NCBI GenBank assembly: GCA_965203535.1
Contig: OZ241897.1
Location: forward strand, 5,963,697-6,027,696
Length of the DNA: 64,000 nt
Source of the DNA: Acidobacteriota bacterium
GTDB lineage: Bacteria; Acidobacteriota; UBA6911; RPQK01; JAJDTT01
Direction of reading: 5' to 3'
Shown: piece after piece, positions 28,071 to 38,109 of the stretch
Layout of the letters: the number at the start of each line of letters is the position of its first letter
Numbering within the stretch: position 1 is the stretch's first letter
Notes under the pieces: generated by a model
Databases searched by the model: none
Seen by the model: only the letters and a program-made list of their open reading frames with translations
Told to the model about the DNA's origin: nothing
Translations under genes and position numbers: made by a program

Positions 28071-28553
28071 TCAGGCGCCGTCTACGCCAGGAACGCAGAG
28101 TTCCGCAACTCGGTCGACCACGCGTTGCGCATGCTTGTAGTATTCACGGATACGGCGATAGGTCAGCCCCACGGATTCTCCGTGGGCGATATGATTACGC
28201 AGATTCACGATGCTGTCGACCGCGTCCTTCCGTTCATCGACCAGGAACTCGCCGAGTTCCTGCCGCCAAGTCGGGTCGAAACGACCCAACAACTCCTGGA
28301 TTTTTCGGGCCTTCGCGTTCGAGAATCTCTTCGTCTGTTGCTCAACAAAATTCTGCAGAGTCGGCCCGCCCTCATGGCGTGCATGCTCCAGAACGAACGC
28401 GCGTACAGCCTTCTCCATATAGCCAGAAACCAGCACACAAAGGTATTTGGCGAGGTCCGCCTGCAACTCGGAGCCCGGGTCGACAGCTTTCGCCCGGTCG
28501 AACGTCGCGTCGAGCCACTGCTTCATTTCGGAAACTTCAACTTGACCCGTCAT
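28071..28553 (-). CDS. HEPN-domain protein (MAE_28990/RiboL-PSP-like), predicted RNase
   Basis: LCVLVSGYME and SIVNLRNHIAHG (RxxxxH); ATGA overlap with the DUF262 gene. Confidence 0.85.
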   Translation of the reverse strand: MTGQVEVSEMKQWLDATFDRAKAVDPGSELQADLAKYLCVLVSGYMEKAVRAFVLEHARHEGGPTLQNFVEQQTKRFSNAKARKIQELLGRFDPTWRQELGEFLVDERKDAVDSIVNLRNHIAHGESVGLTYRRIREYYKHAQRVVDRVAELCVPGVDGA

Positions 28554-29689
28554 GTGACATCCGCAAAGGCTTCCGTCGCGAGCTTCATTCGGGTCTTGAC
28601 GTTGGCTTTCTGCGAAGTCCCCTTCTCGGTCGCCGCTCTGTACTCCCCGTTCGAGAGCAAACTGTCGTATCGGCGCTGGAATTGCTCAGCATCCTCTATC
28701 TCTCCAGACCCGAGACGCTTGGCGACACCCGTCATCAAGGAATCTACGACAGCAGCGTTCACGGCTCTCCTGGGTCGGAACGCCCGCCGCCCCAGAACAC
28801 TGTTCAGTACCGAGGTGGTCTTATGGAAGACATCTCGCAGTTCCGCCTCGGACTGCCTGCCAAGGTCCCGATTCTTGGCCATGTAGCGATTCAAAAATTC
28901 CTTCATCGGGCTGCGATACGCCTCGAAACGATAGTAGAAGGCGAAGAATCGGAGGATCATCTCCATGTCCTTCAGACGCTTGGATTTCTTTCCATACAGT
29001 TTTCGCCATGCCCTCTCTTCATTGAGACTCTTCAGAACCCGCACCAATTCGCCATGATAGAGCGCCACACGGATCTCCTGCGGCTGGAGGTTGACACCCC
29101 CGGTATTGAGACGCTCGAAAATTATGTAGATACTGCTCTGGTCCTCCTTCGGCTCGTCTTGTCTTATGACAGTGGCGTGGATGATGCTGTCGCCGAGCCG
29201 CCGACGGTCCTCCATATCCAGATCCATGAAACGCCTGCCGGCGAAACGCTTTTGTACGTTGTCGAGGCGGTACTCCCGTCCATTTATGACGCCTTTATAG
29301 TACGCGTGGAGAGTATGAAGGCGCTGGTGCCCATCCAGCACCAAAAGGCGACCCGTTGCCTCCTTGACCAGAAAAATGCCGGGAACAGGCAGGCCGAGAA
29401 GTAGGGACTCTATGAACTTGTCCGCCTTCGGCTTCGTCCATAGGTATTCGCGTTGAAATCCCACGACTTCAGTGTCTTCTTTGGAAAACCAGTCGAATGT
29501 CGGTACGGCGATGTCGCGGGACTCCATTCGTTTAATGAGGGAGTCCACTGGGTAGTCCGCACCATAGAACGTAATGCTGTACGTGAAAGGGATGTCCTCC
29601 TCCCCTTCATCGAGAACGTCTACATCCTCTTCATCCCGATTGTCGACAAGTGCTGTTTCAGGCGCTTCCTGATGTTGGATCTCTGCCAT
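28550..29689 (-). CDS. DUF262 (ParB/GmrSD-like) domain protein
   Basis: FQREYLW, FIESLLLGLPVPGIF, VLDGHQRL, IFERLNTGG..L..QEIR. Confidence 0.9.
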   Translation of the reverse strand: MAEIQHQEAPETALVDNRDEEDVDVLDEGEEDIPFTYSITFYGADYPVDSLIKRMESRDIAVPTFDWFSKEDTEVVGFQREYLWTKPKADKFIESLLLGLPVPGIFLVKEATGRLLVLDGHQRLHTLHAYYKGVINGREYRLDNVQKRFAGRRFMDLDMEDRRRLGDSIIHATVIRQDEPKEDQSSIYIIFERLNTGGVNLQPQEIRVALYHGELVRVLKSLNEERAWRKLYGKKSKRLKDMEMILRFFAFYYRFEAYRSPMKEFLNRYMAKNRDLGRQSEAELRDVFHKTTSVLNSVLGRRAFRPRRAVNAAVVDSLMTGVAKRLGSGEIEDAEQFQRRYDSLLSNGEYRAATEKGTSQKANVKTRMKLATEAFADVT

Positions 29690-29854
29690 TATCCTCTTCC
29701 ACGCAGTTGGCGGTCATTACCTTCTCCAACGTGCCGACCGTACAATCCATTACGATAATTGGCGATTGCCGACAGGCTACAGCGCGCGCCAGCGGACATC
29801 AAACCGGCACTCCACTCTCACACGACTGGACCGTCCGCACAGCCGAGACGTTGC

Positions 29855-30105
29855 GCCAAGGCGACTGCGGCGAGACCGCCGAGGATTGGACCGAGGCAGG
29901 CTTTGAGACCCTGCCGGCCATGATCGCCGTCGCCAACCGCACCGAGGAGGAAGGACCATCCGGACTATCTCATCCGGTTTGAGTCCGGCAAGATGCTGGT
30001 GGAGGCACACCGTTACGAAGATCAAGATCGTCCCGACCGACTGGCTCGGCGACGAGACGGCAGGCTGATGGTTTGGCGTTTCGGCTTCTCGAGGGGAACC
30101 TGGCG
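29855..30105 (+). pseudogene. Collapsed remnant of a type III restriction Res-like helicase/endonuclease
   Basis: Two pieces in different frames: ETAEDWTEAGFETLPAMIAVANRTE (helicase-region PP.M..VANRT) and HPDYLIRFESGKMLVE (PD-(D/E)xK region), recognised from memory of the family. Confidence 0.5.
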
Positions 30106-31635
30106 ATGACGATTTTCTTGGCGCTGAGCGATCCACCGGGCCGATTCGAGGGGCTCCACGGCATCGACTACGCGGCCATCCTCCTCTACCTGGCCGCCGT
30201 GGTCCTCCTCGGCTACACCTTCAGCCGGCGCCAGAGCGACACCGAGGAGTACTTCCTGGCGGGGCGGAACATGCCCTGGTTCGCGGTGGGTCTGAGCCTG
30301 CTGGCCTCCATTCTCTCCACCATCACCTATCTCTCCCACCCCGGCGAGATCATCAAGCACGGGCTGGGCGCCAACTCCCAGTTGCTCTCCTATCCCATCG
30401 TCTTCCTTCTGGTGGGGTACCTGGTGGTTCCCTTCCTGATGCGGCTGAAGATCACCTCGGCCTACGAGTGCCTGGAGCGCCAGTTCGACCTGTCCACGCG
30501 CCTCTTCGGGGCCACCATCTTCGTCCTGATCCGGCTGGCGTGGATGGGAACCATCGTCTTCACGGCAGCCGGAGCCCTGGCCACCATCAGCGGCCTGCCT
30601 TTCGCCACGGTGGTCCTGGGGGTGGCGGCCGTGGGAACCGTCTATACGACCCTGGGCGGGATCCGGGCCGTGATCTGGACCGACGTGGTCCAGTTTTTCA
30701 TCCTCCTGGCGGGCGCCGTCTTCACCATCGCCTATATCGCCGTCGACGCCGGCACCGGACCGCTCACCTGGTACGGCCAGATGGCAGCGGCGGACATGGA
30801 GCCCCAGCCTCTCTTCAGCCTCGACCCGACGGTCCGGTTGACCTGGTTCGGGATGATCATGTGGACCCTCTTCTGGTGGATCTGCACCGCGGCCGGAGAC
30901 CAGGTGGCCGTCCAGCGCTATCTCAGCACCGATTCGGCCGCGTCGGCGCGCAGGTCCTTCGCCTGCAACCTGACGGCGAGCGTCGTCATCACTCTCCTGC
31001 TGAGCCTGTGCGGAATGGCGCTCTACTCCTACTACCAGACCCATCTCCCCGCGGACACGGACAGCGTCTTCCCGCACTTCATCGGCCACGTCCTCCCCCG
31101 GGGCCTGGCCGGGCTGGTGGTGGCGGCGCTCTTCTCCGCGGCCATGTCGAGCCTGGATTCGGGGATCAACTCCATCTCCTCGGTGATCATCACCGACTAC
31201 TACCGGCGTCTGCGGACCGTGGCCGCCCCTCCCCGCGGCGAGATGAAGCTGGCTCGGGCCGTGACCGTCGCCGCGGGAGTCGCGGCCATCCTGATCTGTT
31301 TCCTGTTGGATTCCATCCCCGACGATCAGCGCGGGAACCTCTTCGACCTGACGGGCCGGATCAGCAGCTTTCTGGTGGGCACCCTGGGGGCCATGATGTT
31401 TCTGGCCATCCTGAAGGTCCCGGCCAGCGGCCGAGTGGTCATCGTGTCCGCGCTTGCGGGAATGTCGGCAGGCCTGGTCTGGGCCCAGGGCCACTGGCTC
31501 TTCGGCCTCCCCCGATTGGCCTGGATGTGGGTGATCCCGGTCTCCTCGCTGATCACGTTCGGATCGGCGCTGATCCTCTCCCGGATTTCTCCCGCCCGGA
31601 CCCGGAACCGAGCAAACCAGGAGTTCCCGGAATGA
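30106..31635 (+). CDS. Sodium:solute symporter
   Basis: EEYFLAGRNMPW, SAYE.LE..F, GGIRAVIWTDVVQ, DQVAVQRYLS, AAMSSLDSGINS. Confidence 0.93.
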   Translation: MTIFLALSDPPGRFEGLHGIDYAAILLYLAAVVLLGYTFSRRQSDTEEYFLAGRNMPWFAVGLSLLASILSTITYLSHPGEIIKHGLGANSQLLSYPIVFLLVGYLVVPFLMRLKITSAYECLERQFDLSTRLFGATIFVLIRLAWMGTIVFTAAGALATISGLPFATVVLGVAAVGTVYTTLGGIRAVIWTDVVQFFILLAGAVFTIAYIAVDAGTGPLTWYGQMAAADMEPQPLFSLDPTVRLTWFGMIMWTLFWWICTAAGDQVAVQRYLSTDSAASARRSFACNLTASVVITLLLSLCGMALYSYYQTHLPADTDSVFPHFIGHVLPRGLAGLVVAALFSAAMSSLDSGINSISSVIITDYYRRLRTVAAPPRGEMKLARAVTVAAGVAAILICFLLDSIPDDQRGNLFDLTGRISSFLVGTLGAMMFLAILKVPASGRVVIVSALAGMSAGLVWAQGHWLFGLPRLAWMWVIPVSSLITFGSALILSRISPARTRNRANQEFPE

Positions 31636-33173
31636 AACCCACGTTGACGCCAATTCTCATCAGATCGCCGGTCCTGGCGCTTCTCTTGTCCATGTTCTGC
31701 TGGAGCCTCCACTCCGAGGTCCTGGACGTCGGGTCCCGGCTGGAGCTGTTCGTGGAACCATCGCTCGTGGAAGAGCTCGGGGGCAAGGCTCGCCTCCAGT
31801 TGCAACGCCCGATTCCCCGGGAGGCGGTCCTGGTGACCGACCGGCCCTGGGAGGGGAATGCCTGTTTCACCTTCACCATCTTCCAGGATGGAAACCGCTA
31901 CCGGATGTACTACCGGGGGTGGCACTTCGAGACGGGGAAGACGCTCGAGTTTCCACGCCGTCAGGTGACCTGCTACGCCGAGAGCCTGGACGGGATCCAC
32001 TGGTACCGGCCCCAACTGGGCCTGGTGGAGTTCGAGGAATCCAAGCGGAACAACATCCTCATGGATCGGCTTCCAAACGGCGACATCATCCACAACTTCG
32101 TCCCCTTCAAGGACCCCAATCCGGCGGCCACGCCCGGCGCGCGCTACAAGGCCCTCTCCTGGAGCCGGCTCCGGGGACTCTACGCCTGGAAGTCGGCCGA
32201 CGCCATCCACTGGGAGCTGATGACGGACCGCCTGGTCATCACCAAGGGCTACTTCGACTCCCAGAATCTGGCCTTCTGGGATTCGTACCGCAACGAATAC
32301 CGCGAATACCACCGCGACTTTCGGCCGACCGCGGAGAATCAGCCCAGGACCAAGGGCATCCGGGACGTCATGACCGGAACGTCCCGGGACTTTCTGAATT
32401 GGACGGATCCAGTCTGGCTCGGTTACTCCGGCGCCGCGGACGTACAGCTCTACACCAACCAGATCATCCCCTACTACCGGGCCCCCCATATCCTGCTGGG
32501 GTTTCCCAACCGCTACATCGAGCGGGGATGGTCCGACTCCATGAGAGCCCTCCCGGGTTTGGAGCACCGCCGGCTGCGGGCCGGCATCAGTCTCCGGTAC
32601 GGCACCGCATTGACGGAGGGTCTCCTGATGGCGAGCCGCGACCGGGTCCATTTCCACCGCTGGCCGGAGGCTTTCATCCGGCCCGGCCTGAGACCGGTGG
32701 ACAACTGGACCTACGGGGACAACAACCAGAACTGGGGCCTGGTGGAGACCCGCAGCCACATCGAGGGAGCGCCCAACGAAATCTCCATGTACGCCACCGA
32801 GGGCTATTGGGTGGGCGAGAGTCTCAAACTGCGCCGGTTCACGCTAAGGCTGGATGGGTTCGTGGCGGTTTCGGCGCCCATGTCGGGCGGAGAGATCATC
32901 ACTCGTCCCATTCGCTTCCAGGGCAACCGGCTGCTCCTGAACTTTTCAACCTCAGCCGCGGGAAGTCTGCAGGTGGAGATCCAGGACACGAATGGGAAAC
33001 CGTTGAAGGGCTACGGCCTGGGAGATTGCCCGCCCACGTTCGGGGACGAACTGGAGCGGGAGGTCCATTGGAAGCAGGGCCCGGACGTCGGGGATCTGGC
33101 GGGACGGGCCGTGCGCCTACGGTTCGTCCTGAAGGACGCGGACCTGTTCGCCTTTCGTTTTGCCTCCCGGTGA
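31632..33173 (+). CDS. Secreted beta-propeller glycoside-hydrolase-like protein
   Basis: ATGA overlap with the symporter; CYAESLDGIHW, FDSQNLAFWD, LRLDGFV, RLRFVLKDADLFAFRF. Confidence 0.75.
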   Translation: MKPTLTPILIRSPVLALLLSMFCWSLHSEVLDVGSRLELFVEPSLVEELGGKARLQLQRPIPREAVLVTDRPWEGNACFTFTIFQDGNRYRMYYRGWHFETGKTLEFPRRQVTCYAESLDGIHWYRPQLGLVEFEESKRNNILMDRLPNGDIIHNFVPFKDPNPAATPGARYKALSWSRLRGLYAWKSADAIHWELMTDRLVITKGYFDSQNLAFWDSYRNEYREYHRDFRPTAENQPRTKGIRDVMTGTSRDFLNWTDPVWLGYSGAADVQLYTNQIIPYYRAPHILLGFPNRYIERGWSDSMRALPGLEHRRLRAGISLRYGTALTEGLLMASRDRVHFHRWPEAFIRPGLRPVDNWTYGDNNQNWGLVETRSHIEGAPNEISMYATEGYWVGESLKLRRFTLRLDGFVAVSAPMSGGEIITRPIRFQGNRLLLNFSTSAAGSLQVEIQDTNGKPLKGYGLGDCPPTFGDELEREVHWKQGPDVGDLAGRAVRLRFVLKDADLFAFRFASR

Positions 33174-33200
33174 GATATTCGCGTCAGTACCGCGGCTGGG

Positions 33201-34295
33201 TCATCTCCTCGGAAAGCGAAGATGCCAGGAACACCGGCCACAGCAGGTCTTGCCCAGACAGTCGAAGATCCCGCCGTGGTGGTGCAGTTCCGGATGCCGG
33301 TCGTTGGCCCGGCAGAGAGGCCACCTCCGGCCGTCTGCCTCGTGGTAGCCGGCAAACGAGGGACAGTCCTCCCGGACCAGATCGTCGCGGCCCTGCGGCA
33401 GATCGAGCCGCTCGGGCAATTCGACGGGACCCCGGCGCCAGGCCCGCAGCATGGCGGCTCCCTTGGCCAGGGCATCGGCGGCCAGATCGCCGTTCACGGC
33501 ATCCGCCGGCCGCAACACGAAGCAATCGGGATCGTCGGCCATGATGGTGGCCATGAACCGGCGAAAGACGCGGGCCCGGATCAACCCCGACTCACCGCGT
33601 CCCACCTTGCCGGTGGTCATGATCCCCGAGGCCCGGACCACGTCCTGCATGATCCCGGGAAAGTCGTACTGGATTCGCTTTCCCGTGGCGCAGTAGGAGA
33701 GATGGCGGGCCTCCGGGTGGTAGTAGCCCAGGTAGTCCACCTCCAGAAGATCCTCATAGTAGTGCCAGAGCGTGATGGTGTCGACACCGACTCCCAGGAT
33801 GACGATGCAACCGTCCCATTCCACCACCTTCTCGAACGGATTCCCCCGGCCGCACGGCGTGGGGCACTCCCGCTGTCCCCGCAGGGCATCCCTCCGCCGG
33901 GCCCCGTTGGCGATCCAGGAGTGGGTGGGATGGCAGCCTCGCAGACGGCCGGGACGCTGCAGCGCGGCATTGGGAATCGCCCCCTCCCGGCTGGCCCACC
34001 GGCTGGGGCAGAAGTCCTGGGGGCAGACCCCGCGGCAGTCCGGGAGCGCCATGTGCTCGGTCCAGGCGCCTCCCGTGAAGGCCGGCGTCAGCAACGTCCC
34101 CTCCGGTCCCATGGCGTCCAGGAAGGCCTCCACCACCGTCGCCGCGCCTCCCTCGACCCATCCCAGGCTGCTCAGGGAGCTGTGCAGCATGACGCAGTCC
34201 CCCTTGCGCACCCCGAGTCGAGTGAGATCCCGCGTCAGGCGACTCCTGGTGATGGTTCGAGGCGTGGACGCGATGTTGGTGGAGGTCTCCGGCAC
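33201..34295 (-). CDS. AAC(3)-family (Antibiotic_NAT) N-acetyltransferase with Cys-rich extensions
   Basis: MLHSSLSSLGWVEGGA, GTLLTPAF, HPTHSW, LGVG....TLWHYYE. Confidence 0.8.
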   Translation of the reverse strand: MPETSTNIASTPRTITRSRLTRDLTRLGVRKGDCVMLHSSLSSLGWVEGGAATVVEAFLDAMGPEGTLLTPAFTGGAWTEHMALPDCRGVCPQDFCPSRWASREGAIPNAALQRPGRLRGCHPTHSWIANGARRRDALRGQRECPTPCGRGNPFEKVVEWDGCIVILGVGVDTITLWHYYEDLLEVDYLGYYHPEARHLSYCATGKRIQYDFPGIMQDVVRASGIMTTGKVGRGESGLIRARVFRRFMATIMADDPDCFVLRPADAVNGDLAADALAKGAAMLRAWRRGPVELPERLDLPQGRDDLVREDCPSFAGYHEADGRRWPLCRANDRHPELHHHGGIFDCLGKTCCGRCSWHLRFPRR

Positions 34296-34296
34296 C

Positions 34297-35049
34297 TTAG
34301 TTCGCCTGTCCGATCGACGAGTTGATCCGGCCCAGATGTTCCTGGTAGCGGGCGTGGGCCGCCCGGTCCCGCCGGGCCCGGGAAGAGTGGTAGGCGAAGC
34401 CGAGGTTGCGCCTGTGATCGGCAGTGCGATTCGGTCCGGTGCGATGGATCACGTTGACGTGGTGGAGCGAGAGATCGCCGGGCTTCAGGTCGAGCGGCAC
34501 CTCCGGGTAACGGCCGAGGTCCGGCTTCTCCAGCAGGCCCAGGCTCGCCCCGGTGACGCCTGAAGGCTGATGCGGCAGGATCGGAGCGCGGTGCGAGCCC
34601 TTCAGGCAGACGATGGTCCCGTTGTGGTCATTGGCTTCATCCAGGGCCAAGGTGACGGCTACGGCCTCCGCCGGATTCCAGAACTGGTAGGCGTTGTCCT
34701 GGTGATAGGGGAATTCGTAGGCGGCGTAGGGGGCCTTGTCGATGAGCATCACTCCATCCGCCTCCGCCGCCGCGCCGGGATAGAGCGCTTCGACCAGCGC
34801 GATCAGACGAGGGTCCCGCATCAAGCCCGCAAAATAACCGGAGCGTTGGTTGATCCTGAAAACGCACCGCACCGCGCCACCGCCGCCATCCTCGTAGTAG
34901 GCTTCGCCCGGTTCCAGATCGGAAAGGGACTCCTGCAGATACCGGTGGAGTTGCCGGTCCACCTCAGCCAGTTCCTCTGACGAGAAGAATCGGGGAACGA
35001 CTCCGAATCCGTTCTCGTGGTATTCACGGGCAATCGCGTCGTAGTCCAT
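34297..35049 (-). CDS. Phytanoyl-CoA dioxygenase (PhyH) family Fe(II)/2OG enzyme
   Basis: YHQDNAY, ALD.A...NG, L.PGD..LHH...IHRTGPN.T...RR. Confidence 0.9.
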   Translation of the reverse strand: MDYDAIAREYHENGFGVVPRFFSSEELAEVDRQLHRYLQESLSDLEPGEAYYEDGGGGAVRCVFRINQRSGYFAGLMRDPRLIALVEALYPGAAAEADGVMLIDKAPYAAYEFPYHQDNAYQFWNPAEAVAVTLALDEANDHNGTIVCLKGSHRAPILPHQPSGVTGASLGLLEKPDLGRYPEVPLDLKPGDLSLHHVNVIHRTGPNRTADHRRNLGFAYHSSRARRDRAAHARYQEHLGRINSSIGQAN

Positions 35050-35099
35050 CCGTCCCCCTCCCGGGATTCCGTCCCGCAGCCTTCGGCCCCCGCTTCACC

Positions 35100-35230
35100 A
35101 CTGGGAAGGGCGTCTGGAGCGGCGTATTTCACGCGCCGACTGGGAAGGGCGTCTTACAGGCGCCCTCTTTCCCCCCCATGGCAAACTCGGCGTCAGGAAG
35201 ATCGGCGCCTGGAAAAACGCCGCTCCCCCA
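35100..35230. repeat. REP-like hairpin cluster
   Basis: ACTGGGAAGGGCGTCT twice; GGAGCGGCGTATTTCACGCGCCG, similar to copies near 51558 and 59654. Confidence 0.65.
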
Positions 35231-35235
35231 ACACT

Positions 35236-36534
35236 TCAACTGGGTACGGCCCAATGGCCCGGCCGGTAACGGCGGCCCAGCAGGGCATTGGCCTCCTCGT
35301 CTCCCACGATCTGCTCCCGGTCCGGGTCGAACCGGACGCTTCGATTGGTCCGGGCCACGATGTTCCCCAGATGGGGGAGAGTGGAGGAGAGATGGCCCAC
35401 CTCGATGTCCGCTACCGGACGTCCCCCGGATCGAATGGCGTCCACGAAGTCTTTCTGGTGGACTCCCCTGGTGAGCTCATACCGCCCTTCCTCGCGGATC
35501 AACTCGTTCTTCTTGCCGTAGATCCGAATTCCCTGCCCTCCCAGCGTCATCATCCCTTCGGTGCCGTAGAAGTAGAGGTTGTTCCCCTGAGCGTCGTTTC
35601 GATAGGGCGACCAGATGCGCTGCTCGTAGACCAGCAGACGCTGCCGCGAGTCGCCGGCGCCTCCGGGATAGACGAAGGTCACCGTGTAGGTGTCGGGGAA
35701 CTCCTGGTCGTCGTCGAAGTAGAGCTTGGACCCGTAGCCGGTCACCAGACTCGGGTGGGTCTCCACCCCCAATCCCCAGCGGGCGAGGTCGATGCCGTGG
35801 ACCCCGTCGTTGCCGATGTCCCCGGTGCCGAAGTTGTAGAACCAGTGCCAATGGTAGTGGACGTAGTTGGACTGGTATTCCGCCCATTCGGCGGGTCCGA
35901 CCCAGAGATCGTAGTCCAGGTTGGCCGGCGGCGGGGACGGCTCGACGTGCCCGATATTGCGCCGTTTCTGGCTGTTCACGTGCTTGGCCACCAGGACGTC
36001 GCCGATCGCCCCTTCCCGGAGCATTCCCATGGCCCGAATCACGCCGGCGCTGGACCGGCTTTGGGTACCATGCTGCATGACCCGCCCGTGCCGGCGCGCG
36101 GCCTCGATCATCTGCCGCCCCTCCCGGACGTTGTGGGAGCAGGGCTTCTCGACGTAGACGTGCTTGCCCGCCTGGCAGGCCAGGATGGCGGCCGGAGCGT
36201 GCCAGTGATCGCAAGTGGCGATGACCACCGCGTCCACCTCCGTGTCGTCCAGAATGTGCCGGAGATCCGCGACCCCGCGGACCGCGCCGGTCTGCTCAAT
36301 GGCCTGGGCGACACGTTGGGCGTCCGGGTCGCAGACATAGGTCACCCGGCAACCCTCCAGGCCGGCGAAATTCTCGCCCAGCCGGCGCCCGCGCCCGCCG
36401 CAACCGATGACGCCGACGTTGAGGCGGTCGTTGGCCCCGAGAACGCTGCCCACCGCGGGAGCCAATCCCACGGCCGCCGCCGTCAGGCCCAGGCTCGATT
36501 CCTTCAAAAACGCTCGACGATTCGTAGGGGACAT
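35236..36534 (-). CDS. Gfo/Idh/MocA oxidoreductase with Tat signal
   Basis: NRRAFLK, GVIGCGGRG, DHWH, YVEKP, GTGDIGNDGVHGID. Confidence 0.92.
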   Translation of the reverse strand: MSPTNRRAFLKESSLGLTAAAVGLAPAVGSVLGANDRLNVGVIGCGGRGRRLGENFAGLEGCRVTYVCDPDAQRVAQAIEQTGAVRGVADLRHILDDTEVDAVVIATCDHWHAPAAILACQAGKHVYVEKPCSHNVREGRQMIEAARRHGRVMQHGTQSRSSAGVIRAMGMLREGAIGDVLVAKHVNSQKRRNIGHVEPSPPPANLDYDLWVGPAEWAEYQSNYVHYHWHWFYNFGTGDIGNDGVHGIDLARWGLGVETHPSLVTGYGSKLYFDDDQEFPDTYTVTFVYPGGAGDSRQRLLVYEQRIWSPYRNDAQGNNLYFYGTEGMMTLGGQGIRIYGKKNELIREEGRYELTRGVHQKDFVDAIRSGGRPVADIEVGHLSSTLPHLGNIVARTNRSVRFDPDREQIVGDEEANALLGRRYRPGHWAVPS

Positions 36535-36664
36535 CTGTTCACCTCCTCGGCTGTGCGGTCCGCAAAAAGGACTGTACCGTCATCTGGTATGAATGCTAGA
36601 TCCGAAACTGAGAGAATTCCAGTGGTCCGGTCCCGATGAGGGGACCCTTCTCCGGGAGGCGCCT

Positions 36665-37213
36665 ATGCGAGTCCGTGTCGATCCCCATCGAGTCAGACAG
36701 GTCTTTCGGGAGTTGAGCGGCTCCTCCGCGTTCCAAGAGAGCCGGGCCCTCGCCGAGTCCGGTGGGCTTCCGGTCGAGATGCTTCAGGCCATGTCGTTGC
36801 GGCCCGAGATCCTGAAGGCCTTTGGAGCCACCGGAGAAGGAGTCTACCCCGGTGGGATTCTGGAGCGGGCACTCAAGGAGAAGGTGATCCTGAAAGCCTC
36901 GCTCCACAACAAATGCCAGTTCTGCATCAACTCCCACCGGGCCATCATGCGGATGATCGGCATCCCGGACGCGCAGATCGAAGACCTGGAGGCACCGGAG
37001 CATCTGAGCCGCAGAGAGGCATTGGCGCTGGACTACACGACACGGGCGATCCGAGATGCCAACGGGATTGGTGAGGACTTCTTCGATCGGCTCCGGCGGG
37101 AATTCTCGGACGAGGAGATCGTGGAGCTCACGTTCCTCATCGGCCTGATCCAGCTACTGAACTTGTTCAACAACGCCCTCCGGGTCACTTACCGCAGCGA
37201 TTACGAGGGATAA
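36665..37213 (+). CDS. AhpD/carboxymuconolactone decarboxylase family protein
   Basis: KEKV...AS..NKCQFCINSH; FSDEEIVEL; GGAGG before ATG 36665. Confidence 0.85.
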   Translation: MRVRVDPHRVRQVFRELSGSSAFQESRALAESGGLPVEMLQAMSLRPEILKAFGATGEGVYPGGILERALKEKVILKASLHNKCQFCINSHRAIMRMIGIPDAQIEDLEAPEHLSRREALALDYTTRAIRDANGIGEDFFDRLRREFSDEEIVELTFLIGLIQLLNLFNNALRVTYRSDYEG

Positions 37214-37245
37214 GGCACCAAGCCGACCGACGCAGTAGGTGTCGT

Positions 37246-38052
37246 TCAAGGCTCCAGGCCTTCTACCACAAAGGGTAGAATCCCTCTCTTCGATTGGTAA
37301 GCGTTTGAAAGCACTCTTCGGAGCGTCTCATTGGAAGCAAGCAGTGCCCACGCCGCCCCTTGAGCACGGCTGAGTTTCATCTCCTTGTCCCTGGACAGTT
37401 GAAGATCTCTGACTCGGCCCAGGATCGATTCGAACTCGCGGCGCATACCAAACTGCTGTGAGCCTAACTCCTTGAAGATGGCTTCGTAGCAGAACGCTTC
37501 CAACATGAGATCCCGTTCCCCCTCGAAGTCCTTCAGGCCGTGAAGTCCAGCACAAATTGAGGCTTTAATCCTGCCGTCTTTTGTGATCTGGGACAGAAAA
37601 AAGAAACGCACAGCGATCCGGGTCAACTGGTCTGCTGTGATCAAATCCTTGGTTGCAGGATCATGGCCGACTAGTTCTTTCCCTAGACCGCTGAGATATC
37701 CGCTAACGAGAGCGAGTAGAGATGCATTGAACTCCCCGTCCTCCCCCAGGGAATGATAAAAGTGCTCCGCGAGGGCAGTGGAGTCGTTTCTCAATTCGAG
37801 CAGCCTCCCGTAGTCTCGGCCCGCCCTATTTACTTGGAGGTAGTGAATCAGCCAATAGTTTTCTTTGACAAACCCATGAAGGAAATGCTCCGCAGTCAAT
37901 TCGGCGACATTGGTGTCGATATACGGTCCGAGATTCTCGTGTTCCCCAACTTCAATCTGGAAAATCTTCTCGTATTCCTTCGTCACTTCCTCAACGGTGT
38001 ACTTGGCTCCAGCCAAGCTCAAGAAAACTGAAATCAAGACGATGCCGTTCAT
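37246..38052 (-). CDS. Hypothetical protein with hydrophobic N-terminus
   Basis: 268 aa ORF, GGAGG RBS, lower GC; no family recognised. Confidence 0.65.
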   Translation of the reverse strand: MNGIVLISVFLSLAGAKYTVEEVTKEYEKIFQIEVGEHENLGPYIDTNVAELTAEHFLHGFVKENYWLIHYLQVNRAGRDYGRLLELRNDSTALAEHFYHSLGEDGEFNASLLALVSGYLSGLGKELVGHDPATKDLITADQLTRIAVRFFFLSQITKDGRIKASICAGLHGLKDFEGERDLMLEAFCYEAIFKELGSQQFGMRREFESILGRVRDLQLSRDKEMKLSRAQGAAWALLASNETLRRVLSNAYQSKRGILPFVVEGLEP

Positions 38053-38109
38053 GCTGTTCCCTCCGTCCTATTGCAAACGTGCCAATTCATGGCATGCCAG
38101 GAAGTCCGG

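Noticed and set aside
33201-34295. Aminoglycoside resistance gene
   Set aside because: Family membership only; the context and Cys-rich extensions do not support a resistance call
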